Part shown: positions 12,033 through 26,915 of the stretch, piece after piece
How the letters are laid out: each line of letters begins with the position of its first letter
Position numbering within the stretch: the stretch's first letter is position 1
Origin: Phaeosaccion multiseriatum
Taxonomy: Eukaryota > Protista > Ochrophyta, other classes
Assembly: GCA_965112735.1 (NCBI GenBank)
Contig: OZ218963.1
Location: forward strand, 2,418,001 to 2,482,000
Length of the DNA: 64,000 bases
Direction: 5' to 3'
Program-made: the position numbers and the translations under genes
The notes under the pieces: generated by a model
The model's input: only the letters and a program-made list of their open reading frames with translations
Told to the model about the DNA's origin: nothing
Databases searched by the model: none

Positions 12033-12787
12033 TCCGTGCAACAGCAACAGCCGCGCTGCTGCCACACTCGAAAGCCGTGCCCGCTGTAGGGCACCGCTCT
12101 CGGCAATTCTCTATCTCCACGGCCCACCAAGCTCCAGCAGCAATTTCCGTGCAACAGCAACATCCGTGCTGCTGCCACACTCGAAAGCCATGCCCGCTGA
12201 CTAAGGCACCACTCCCGGCAATTCTCTATCTCCACGGCCCACCAAGCTCCAGCAGCAATTTCCGTGCAACAGCAACATCCGTGCTGCTGCCACACTCGAA
12301 AGCCGTGCCCGCTGTAAGGCACCGCTCCCGGCAATTCTCTATCTCCACGGCCCACCAAGCTCCAGCAGCAATTTCCGTGTAACAGCAACATCCGTGCTGC
12401 TGCCACACTCGAAAGCCATGCCCGCTGTAAGGCACCGCTCCCGGCAATTCTCCATCTCCACTGCCCACCAAGCTCCAGCAGCAATTTCCGTGTAACAGCA
12501 ACATCCGTGCTGCTGCCACACTCGAAAGCCGTGCCCGCTGTAAGGCACCGCTCCCGGCAATTCTCTATCTCCACGGCCCACCAAGCTCCAGCAGCAATTT
12601 CCGTGTAACAGCAACATCCGTGCTGCTGCCACACTCGAAAGCCATGCCCGCTGTAAGGCACCGCTCCCGGCAATTCTCCATCTCCACTGCCCACCAAGCT
12701 CCAGCAGCAATTTCCGTGTAACAGCAACATCCGTACTGCTGCCACACTCGAAAGCCATGCCCGCTGTAAGGCACCGCTCCCGGCAAA
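12033..12787. repeat. 113-bp tandem repeat, about 6.7 copies
   Basis: Unit start CGGCAA at 12101, 12216, 12329, 12442, 12555, 12668 and 12781; units are nearly identical. Confidence 0.95.
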
Positions 12788-13229
12788 CTCAAAGCTACCG
12801 AGCTGCTGCCTGAGCCTCTTGGCCAAGGTCAGCTGCCTTCGGGATTCTTTGGGGTTGTAAAGAGTCACGTTGCTCTCCACCTAGGATAGGAGTAGCCGCA
12901 TGGACAAGGTAATAGCAACCCCAAAGCCAGCCTGGCAGCCAGCCTTGTCTCTATTAGCTTTATCCGTGAGCCATCCTAAACGACCAACCTGCTGGGAGGT
13001 GAGTGAGAAACGGGCCACGCACCGTTTCTCACCGTATTTGCCTGGGCCTGGGCCATTGACATAATACTGACTTTCAACAAATTGGTACGGACAGCTGTCA
13101 CTCGTCCGTCGATGTTGGTTCGTTGTCACCGGTCGCTTTTACAACTGGGCTTGGGGAAGGAGTGGTCGACAGCGCAGGAGCTCATGGACCAGTATGGTAA
13201 CAATTAGGAGAGCTCATCGATTATTGTGA

Positions 13230-13580
13230 GTTGTGGACCAGCGTCAACACCAGCCTTGTCGAGTGCGTGGGCTGGGGGGACGTCAATGAATACGTGGAGG
13301 AGTTGACGGACAGAGTCAGTGAGATTCAGCAGATGGCAGCAGATACGTTGCCCAACATTGTGGTGATGAGGATGGGGATAAGGTGTGGGTACATCGGTAT
13401 CACCAGCGTACAGGGCGCAAGGCCAAACTTGACCCTGTGCGTTGGTTTGGTCCGTACCGAGTGGTTCAGCAGTTGAGAGAAGGAGGAGTGACTTACTTTT
13501 GCAAGAGACTGTCTCCAGAGCTACCTAGGGTTGACAAGGGTAGGCTGGGTACACGGGAACCGTCTTCGGAGGTACACGGG
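13230..13580 (+). pseudogene. Integrase C-terminal (GPY/F) fragment of another Gypsy family
   Basis: YVEELTDRVSEIQQMA followed, after a frameshift, by GDKVWVH...KLDPVRWFGPYRVVQQL. Confidence 0.6.
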
Positions 13581-14913
13581 CGACGAGGAGGAGGTTCTAG
13601 CTGCTCCTCCCGTCCGAGTACGGCCTCTCTCTTCACATCAGACGGAGCAAAGGGAGAGGAGGCAAGGAGTCGAGGGAGAGCAGGGAACACTTTCTGTGAG
13701 AAGGCAGCAGGTGGTTCAGAGGGGATGGGTTGGTGCTTCACAGCAGCAGGAGCAGGGAGGGGCAGCTGATGATGGTGATGGTGTGCCTCTTCCACATACT
13801 GTATCTCGTGTCTCACAGCTGACAAGGGAGAGACAATACCAGCGGGGAGTGGTGGTGTTGGTCCGAGGTTCGGTGTGGGGGGATGCTTGGGCGACGCGGG
13901 CTTGGCCTTGTCTGGTGGTGCATGTGCAGCCTGATCGTTCGCTTCATTAGGGGGTGGGATAGTCCTTGCTATTAATATACTTGGTGCCAGCATTTCTCTT
14001 CTCTCCCCTATTGGGACCCCGAACGCAGCGCTCAGCTTGGGGGTGCCTTCCTACTCTTAGGCAGAGGGAGGTAGCGGCCCCACACTGGGCTGGCCAATGG
14101 GTGAGTATTACAGCACTTGTGCCAGCCTGGCGGAGAAGCAAGCCTCGAGCCGTCGCACCCGCACTGAACACACCGTGTCTCACACGTTAAAAGGCTCCTT
14201 TCCCCCACAGGACACTCCAATTCGCTCCCTCCCCCAACCACGTTCTTCGGCCCTGCCAGGTGAAAGGAACGTTCTGCCCCTTCGCCCCTTCTCTCTTCAC
14301 GCTGCTTCCGCCCTCACAGCCGCCGCCGCCGCTGCCGCCGCCCGCTTGGCGGAGGCGGGTATGTGGTCTCCCCTCTCCAGGCATTCCTGAATATGCGCCA
14401 CGCCCCACGCCTTCTTCCGTCGGAACTTGTCCAATTTACGCGCATGCGCCTCTATCCCCTGCTTTTTCCGTTTGGCGGCCTCCGCCTATCGAGGTCATAC
14501 ATACACATACCCATGAATGTATGTCACAAGGACCAAGAGAACGCACACACGAAAAGACAACAGACAAGAGAGGAGATTTAATGAATACTTGCGTGAGGCA
14601 CTTCTCCTCTAGCCAAGTCGTCTATGATCAGGGAAAGAGCTATAGCGGATGATCGTCGAAACTCACCACTGCAAAGTCTTGCTTTTGCTGCATTCTCTTC
14701 TTGTGTCTCGACCTTCGAGGCCCCGCCGCGGGGGGGATAGTAAGACGCGAGAGCTCCACAAGCTTCTCGTACATGATGGGGTCTTGGTGGTCGTGATAGC
14801 TGCGGAAATATCGGGTTGTGGGGTAGACGCAAACAAACGTGTGGGGTCAGCTGGGTCGTGACCGCTTCGTGCTTTGAGGTCGGAAGAGAAGTATACGCGG
14901 AGCTCCCTGGGAC

Positions 14914-15508
14914 TCACAGTTTCATAATGGGGAAGGAGCTCATGTCATCCAGTGGCTTGTCGAACTTGGGGAAAGGTATGCCTCTCTCGTGCTTGGCCTT
15001 CAGCATGGCCTTCTTCTCGTCAATGAGTCGATCAAACTCAACCATGTAATCTTCCTTGCCCACTTCGTCCTCGTCCTCGAATATCGGCCGGACGGGTGCC
15101 TGCGGCTGGGATGGCTCTTTGCTGGGCGAAGACGAACCCGTAACTGTGCATTTGGGTGAGGGGTAGTACGAGACACACAGACGGAGGGAGAAGAGCGAGC
15201 GACAAGAGAAAGATGGAGAGAGAGAGAGCAGGGAGAGACGTTGAGTTCGTGCACGCTAGCCCCCTTCCAAGCCCGCCAAAGCGTAGCAGATCCTTACCCT
15301 TTGCGCAGAGCGACGTTGAGTGGAAGTAACTGCGACTATCCATTTCCCCCCTCCGCGGTGCTCTCCATCCCCAATGAGTGGAGCAGCCCCTCCGCTGCTG
15401 GCCCTGTCCTCCTTCCGCCCTGATTGCCTGCACCTCTCCTCCCCCCACTGCTACCCTGCGCAGCATTCTCCGAGCGCTTGCCCCCGCCGCTCCCAGCATC
15501 AACATCAT
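14914..15508 (-). CDS. Small two-exon hypothetical protein, possibly mitochondrion-targeted
   Basis: Exon 1 15508-15298 (Arg-rich, ends RSYFHSTSLCAK). GT-AG intron 15297-15144. Exon 2 15143-14914 continues in phase (VTGSSSP...DYMVEFDRLIDEKKAMLKAKH...PIMKL*). Confidence 0.6.
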
Positions 15509-15763
15509 GCTGTCCGGAGCACTTTTATGTCGACACGTTCTCAAGGATGGCACCCCACGGCTTTATTTATTTTTTTTTATTTTTTTTTAACACTCGATTT
15601 GCGAAGAATCGCCCAAATCGCCGGATTTCCGGCCCAAAACGGTTTTTGCGCATTTGCAGGAAAATGACGCTGGGAGGAGCGCTATAGCTCTTCGTGTAGC
15701 TCTTTGAGATCCCCACCGATCCATGGTCTTTCGGCTTTCATCGCCTCTTCCCTTCCGTAGTTG

Positions 15764-18700
15764 TGTGCTAAGCTAAGATAGTAGAAACGTTAAGGGGTTT
15801 GGACTAAGTATATGCTGCGCCTATGGTGGGGCGTCAGTGTCCGTATTGATAATATATCTCTACTACTTGCTGATGCAAAGCTTGTGCCCACAAAGAGGAG
15901 GGTGAAACGCTAGAGCCGTTGAACCCCCTCGGGGCGTGCCTAGGAAACCGACATTCTTATTAATGTGCTAAGCTAAGATAGTAGAAACGTTAAGGGGTTT
16001 GGACTAAGTATATGCTGCGCCTATGGTGGGGCGTCAGTGTCCGTATTGATAATATATCTCTACTACTTGCTGATGCAAAGCTTGTGCCCACAAAGAGGAG
16101 GGTGAAACGCTAGAGCCGTTGAACCCCCTCGGGGCGTGCCTAGGAAACCGACATTCTTATTATACCCCAGAATGTGTGACCGGAAACCCTCAGGCAGGAC
16201 AATCTACCACACTACCCCCAAGCGATAGTTCGAGCCAACTGGGAAGTAAGTGTGTTTATCATCTAGTTTGTGTCCGCTTTCGTGTGCGCGCGGAGCGCAG
16301 CGGCTTAGTAGCCGATCGCGTCGTAGTCTTGCGCAGATAGGCTCGGACTGCGCTGATCAACTGCTTGTCCTGATGGTGCTGCAGGTAGGTCTCCAGTAAA
16401 CGTGGAGTATCTTCGTGCAGCGCCTCGATGGGCTCCTCGCTATTCTCGAGGGCGTCAAAGCCACGCCACTTAACAATGACGTGCCATGAATCATCTGCGT
16501 GCTTAACGAGGCCTTCAAAGGCCTCCACCACAAAGTCTTGGGTGTTATACGAAATCTGTTGAAGTACGTCGGTGGTGACGTTAACGTGAGCACCGCAGTA
16601 GTAGCGGAGCCGGCTGATGTGTACCTCATAGGTACGCTTCTTGCCCACAAGCTCCTCCACCTTGTACACGTGTTGCTCAAGGGCTTCAAGCACTCGGCAG
16701 GGCCCATGCCACTTGCCTAGTATCTTGCTTGTAGGCCCTACTGTTGCAACGAGTACGTAGACTCCGACCTGAAACAGCGTCTCGCTGTTGAGCTGCTTAG
16801 CTCTGGCCAAGTCCTGACGATGCTCTGCACCACGTCTGCCACTCATCAACCTCTGGTTGATGCCATCGCGCTTGTGATCGCGGAGGGTAGTCAGTTGGCG
16901 CGCCGCCTCGGCACGCTGCCCCTCCTTCCTCTGATGGAGTTGTGTCGCAAGGGTGTCTCTCTGCGCCGGGGTCAGCTGCAGTAGCCGAACCTTTTGCATC
17001 CGATCCGCGTCGTGGATCAAAATCGTGTCGAGAGGCCGCTGTGGTACGTGACCACTGTGCAGCTGGATGGGAGACAAGTTAGACCGACTGCTCTTGTTGG
17101 AGCTGTTCTCAACAGCCTCCATCACTGGCAGTAGCTGCGGCCATGTCTCGGGCGGCTGCCGTAGTTCAGACATCATTGATCTCATGATCTTCTGCAGTAT
17201 CTGTACACCACGCTCGCCCAATCCTCGACTGTATGGGTTGTGTGCCACCACAAAGTGGTGGTTGCACCGCAAGAGCTGACTTAACTCACGTATCACCTCA
17301 TTTAGGAAATGACTGCCTCGGTCACTCTGCCACCTGGGCACTACGCCATGCTGTGCGAACCAGCGCAACAGACCGCGTGCACACACTCGTGCAGTAGCTT
17401 CCAAACATGGCTCATACATTGACAATGATGAAAAATCATCAAAGATGCACAGCACTTGCTTGACCTGAAGCTTCATGAACCCTTCTGGGGACTCTGCCCA
17501 TATGACTCCATCGCCAATCTTGACGAAGTCAAACCAGATGAGTTGCTGGGGTCCAGTGGCGTGCCATTGAGCTAGCAGGGGGCGAGGCACTCTCTCGCCC
17601 TTGCCGTTGGTGAGGCAGTGGAGACAGTTCTGAACGAGGCTTCGCACGTCCTTGTCTAGCGAGTGCCAAATGAACTTCTCCTTAATAGCACTCAAGGTGT
17701 TTGTCTCTCCCTGATGGCCCATCATACCCTGATGGCCAGTCACACACAGCCTCAGGTGCATGTCTTCCGCCTTGGCTCCCACCGAGGGAATCCAAATGCG
17801 GGTGCTGTCAGCGGGGTTGCTCGTCGGATGGCACGCTCGAATCAACCCGTCGTCGCCAACTGATGAGAGGAGCAGGCGGCGCCCGTTCTCTCCCACCTCC
17901 TTGCTAGCCTGCTGGAGCTCCTGAAGAGCGTCGGCCTGCAGACTGGCAATCTCAGTGGTGGAGGGCCAAGTGAAGTCGTCACACATAGTGTCAAACACTT
18001 GCATGGGTCCAAACTTGCCCAAGGCGAGCACACTAGGGGTGAGGCTCACCGGGTGCGTGTACCGCCTGCTAATGGGGTCGGCCCAATCATGGAGATGACC
18101 AGGGAAGTGGACAATGACATAGTCAAAGCTCTGAAGGCGCACGGCCTGACGCTGCAGCCTGTCCCTCATAGGCTTAGTCATGCCAGGGTACTTGCTGTCG
18201 TTGCTCATCATGACCGCCAAGTTGCGATGGTCGCAAAAGATGTGCACTTTCTGTGCCCCGACCAAAGCGTACTCGTTCTGGATCAAGCCTCGGAGTGTCG
18301 CGTCTCCTTCCTTGTCGATGGTGGCACGCCTCAGCTCTGCGCCTTCAAAGGCGCCTGAGCCGAAGGCCACCGGGATGTGGTTCATCTCATGTACCGGAAG
18401 GCACAGCTCTTTGGGGTCTATGTATGTAATCATACATCCCCAGTAGAGGTCACTAGCATCTGGGAATACCAGTGCCAGTTTGGTTGGGTCTGGGTGCGAC
18501 AGCACCGTGTTCTGTGCAAGAACGCGCTTGATCTGGAAGAAAGCGTCGTCGTGCTCTGTGTCCCACCCCACAGAAGCCAATGGAATCGTCTTGGCCACTG
18601 CCTTGGAGCGCTTGTGCTGATGAGGCTTAGCGTTAGCCTGCCCGAGGGCTTTGTTCAACAGCGCGTTCAAAGGACCCACTAGCTTAGCGAAGTCCTTGAT

Positions 18701-21700
18701 GTATCGATGAAACCACTGCAGGCTGCAGAGGAAAGTCATCAAATCTCCAGCCGTCTCTGGGGCCGCGAGACTGGTCAGGCCCTGCACTCTGGCGGGGTCA
18801 TGTCGTGTGCCGCGTCGGTCGTGCACGCGGCCTAGGAACTTAAGCTCTTTGCCGAAGCGGAAGGAGCTCAATCCTATCTTGATGTTGGCGCTGTGGAGGC
18901 GCTTCATCGTCAGTCGAGTGAGACTCACCATCTCCTCTCCCACCTTTGCCCAGTACGCTACGTTGTCAATGTAGACGGCGTGGGTCTTGCACAACTCTTT
19001 GCGAAAGAGGTGGGTCATCTGGCCTTGGACGTAAGCGCCCGAGTTCTTAGCCCCCTGGGGTACTCGAGTTGGCGTCACTTTGCCATTTGGGAATATATAG
19101 GTGTGAGCAACTTGGCTCAACTTGCCTAGTGGGAATTGCCAATACATGTCAACCCCATCTATCTCGATGAACCATAGGCAACCCAACATGGAGGCTACGG
19201 CGTCTTCAATGTTCATCATCCCAAAATCGACCTTCTGTACCTTTTCATTGACTTCGCGAAAGTCGCAGACGATACGGTACTTGCCTGGCTTGCCGGGTTT
19301 GCCCACTGCAAACGCCGGGCTGCCATGAGCGCTCTGCGGGTTGCTATAACCCAGGCCTTTGTCTATCAACTTGTTGCAAAAGTCATTTACAAAAGCACCC
19401 TTTGCGCCTTGTTGCCTTATGGGGAGACGGGAGCTCGGTACCTTATTGGTAAACGTCACCTCCATTGGCTCTACGTTAGCGGGGCCGTCGCTAAAGAGCA
19501 ACTCTTCCCGCCACACGTCGAACTCTAAGAGAGCTTCCATCATTGGCTCTCTCAGCTCCGCAGGGAAATCATGATCAGTGATTGCTTTGTCCACAATGGG
19601 ACCTAGCACCTCTCTACGGCGTGCCTCAGAAGGGGGAACTCCCTCTGATGGCCCTTGAATAGTATCCGGTACACCTTCACACTCTTCACGGTCTTTATTA
19701 TTAAGCGGTTGGCCGCCAATGGCGCTAACCTCTGGTGCCTCTGCACTGGCGACAGGAGGGGGCTCTCGGCCGCAACCTCCTGCGCTCCTACCCCCAATAC
19801 TTGCACGGGGAAGTTGCTTGCCTCAAAATCGGCATAGTCTTGTATGGTCTCAACGCCCATAGAACACACGCTCTTCTCAACACTATGCTGCTTAGTCGGG
19901 GCAGCCCCTGTCGCAGGGGAAGCGTCGTCACGCTCCCTCTGCAGGGTCTCCTCCGACCGTTTCTCGTGCACTCTGTGCAACTGCTCAGTCAAAGACTCCA
20001 AGCCCAGTGCCTTATGCAAAGGCCGGCCCAGAATCAGTCTGCTGCCCAAGCTCTCAAGAACCAATATGGATCTGAACTCCTTGTCCAGCTGCGCTGTACT
20101 CACGCTTCCATGACTCAGCTCTATCTCAAGGTGACTGCCGCACAACACTTCGTTGGCAGTCACAGGTCCAGCAGCAGTGACGCACTCCGAAGGCTCACAG
20201 GCCTCTAGTACACCACCACCCTTTCCGACCCACGTGCGAGCCAGGTCACCACCCATGACCATACCCACATCGCATCCGCTGTCAAACAGGGCTTGCGCCG
20301 ACATCCGCACCTCCGGAGTCGTGTCATTCACGAGAACCACGCTCATGCGGTCTCCCGTGAGGTCCATAGCAACTGGCCCTGGCAAAGAAACACCTGCCGC
20401 AGCCGAAGAAGATGAGACGGACGTCACCCCCGGTTTCTTCGCCTCAGCCTTCCTCTGCTCCCATGCCTTCTGTTTCTCTGCCTTGATGCGTTTCTTGTCT
20501 TCGGCAGTGGTTGTAGGGCAGTCGTCAATCCGATGCGGCTTGTCGCAGGCCCAGCACTTCGGAGTACGGGCCTTCTTCAATGGGTTGCTGGCTGTCTCTT
20601 TGCCCGCTGCTGTCTCCTTCGAGGAGGTCTCTGCACCCGTACGCTTTGGCTGCTGCTCCTGCTGCCACTTGCGCTTGCCGCCTGCACCTTTGCCTTGCCC
20701 ACCACCGCCTCCCCCGCCGCCTCCAGATGCCCCTTGGTCACCCTTGAGTCCGGGAAGGAAATGTTCGGCCTTACCGCCGATACGCCGTGCTGCCGCTCTC
20801 ATGGTGGCCCACTGGCACAAGTGTCTGACGAATTTCTCCATCCACTCCCCGTGATGCTCTCCCCAGTCCTTCTGTCCATCTTTGAACGCGTCCACCAGCA
20901 TCTTCTCCATGCATGGGTCATAATTCTTGATGATGGTGAGTAAGCCTCGCTGCATCCCTTTGGCAGCGTGCTTTCCGTTCGGACCAAGGAAATTCGTATC
21001 GGTGGGGTTCAAGTTCAGGTACTCCTTCCTTGCTGCTGACTCGTGGATCATGCGAAGGTATTGCTGGCACATGTACTGAAGATTGTGCTTGAATTGGAGA
21101 GGGTCCGGATCATAGTGACTACACGAGTACCGTCTTCCTGATTATCTCGTTGAGAGTGGCATTTCCGTTGACGTCCTCCCTGCGATTCTTCTTCAACCAC
21201 CTCTCCAAGTAATCCCGTACCATCTTGGACGTGAGCTGAGCCTCCGACACTTGATTGGCGATGGCTATTCCAAAACGATGGGCTGGGTCGATGAGCTGCA
21301 CCATGCTGGGGATATCCAGCGGCTTGTCCCTATCCCTGAGCGCGGACTGATCGTACTGCAGTAAGAACTCGCTGACGACTTCCGCAGATAGAGGCGTCCG
21401 TATCTCCGGATAATGGGTTGGGTCCCTCATGATGATGCCTTGAACCGCCATGATGCCGCTCCTCCAATCGGTCCGAGAAAATCCTTCTCCAAAGCTTTTC
21501 TAAAGCGAGAACTAGTTCTGTGCTAAGCTAAGATAGTAGAAACGTTAAGGGGTTTGGACTAAGTATATGCTGCGCCTATGGTGGGGCGTCAGTGTCCGTA
21601 TTGATAATATATCTCTACTACTTGCTGATGCAAAGCTTGTGCCCACAAAGAGGAGGGTGAAACGCTAGAGCCGTTGAACCCCCTCGGGGCGTGCCTAGGA

Positions 21701-21766
21701 AACCGACATTCTTATTATACCCCAGAATGTGTGACCGGAAACCCTCAGGCAGGACAATCTACCACA
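15764..21766 (-). mobile_element. Ty3/Gypsy chromodomain LTR retrotransposon, copy 2
   Basis: LTRs 15964-16211 and 21519-21766, plus an extra partial LTR at 15764-15962. 4-bp TSD GTTG. Nearly identical to copy 1. Confidence 0.97.
16259..21451 (-). pseudogene. gag-pol of copy 2; RT-RNase H-integrase-chromodomain portion intact (1116 aa)
   Basis: ORFs 21119-21451, 19603-21072 and 16259-19609. Relative to copy 1 there is a 7-nt insertion at 21115-21121 and a 1-nt deletion in a G run near 19760. Confidence 0.93.
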
Positions 21767-22346
21767 GTTGTCAGCATTTCCGCAGCAGCACCCCCTTCCC
21801 GGGGGGGGGAGAAGGGGGAAGTGCACGCCACGGAAATCGCTCATGGGCAGCTTGCCCGCCCTTCTGCAAGAGAACAGGCGCAGCGCTACGGCGGCTAGCT
21901 ACAGTGGAGCAGCAGCAGGACCCTTGGCAAGCCTGGTGCGATTTCCGTGGCGTGCACATCCCCCGTCCCCCCCCCGCCGGGAAGGGGGTGCTGCTGCGGA
22001 AATGCTGACAACTACGGAAGGGAAGAGGCGATGAAAGCCGAAAGACCATGGATCGGTGGGGATCTCAAAGAGCTACACGAAGAGCTATAGCGCTCCTCCC
22101 AGCGTCATTTTCCTGCAAATGCGCTAAAACAGTTTTGGTCGAAATTTGGGCGATTTTTACGCAAATCGAGTGTTAAAAAACAGCAAACTACTGTATCAGC
22201 ACAAAGAAGGAAAAATGAACTTTTCTTGCCTTGATGAGGGCTGAACTTTCAAGAGGAAGAGAAGCAGCAGCAGCAGCAACAAAGGCAGTAAAGTTCCTCA
22301 ATCGGTTAGTGGCCAGCACCCCTTTTGAGACAAGGGCAGCAGCAGG

Positions 22347-26622
<4,276 letters not shown>

Positions 26623-26915
26623 TAGCGTGGATGGAGCCTTGGCTGAGTCTCTTTCCGTCGCACGGGATACACAACAGAGGCGCTCAATACACACAGAGAC
26701 TGACTCTATTCCTGTACCTGTAGACGGACCTGCTTCTCTCGCTGACTTACTTGGTCTCCCTCCACTTGTCCTTCCTTGCCACTCATGGGCCCCAATCGGT
26801 CCCCGGTGGACAAATATACAAAGCGATGTGTAAACAAACCAAAGTGCCCTCTCTCAACAATGTACACGATTTTTCAAATACAATCGTTTCGTCCTCCGTG
26901 ACCTTCGCCACCCTG

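Larger units (their letters stand above)
9320..13079 (-). mobile_element. Rearranged Ty1/Copia remnant with three 224-bp LTRs
   Basis: LTRs at 9320-9543, 11371-11594 and 12856-13079 (minus strand TGTTG...TTACA). Copia integrase fragments lie between the first two. No RT or RNase H is visible. Confidence 0.88.
15591..22172. mobile_element. piggyBac-like foldback MITE (~575 bp) split by Gypsy copy 2
   Basis: TTAA|CACTCGATTTGCG...CGCAAATCGAGTG|TTAA. Parts 15591-15763 and 21771-22172 rejoin across TSD GTTG into inverted arms of ~250 bp with a ~70-bp spacer. Confidence 0.85.

Noticed and set aside
12033-12787. CRISPR-like array or repeat-protein ORFs
   Set aside because: Units are contiguous with no unique spacers, there are no cas genes and the context is eukaryotic. 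The 113-bp period is not a multiple of 3, so the ORFs are artefacts.
13949-14190. 3' LTR of the plus-strand Gypsy fragment
   Set aside because: A purine tract is present, but there is no TG start and no partner repeat in the window.
19600-19765. Programmed gag/pol frameshift in copy 2
   Set aside because: Copy 1 reads through in frame with one more G, so this is a mutation or a homopolymer error.
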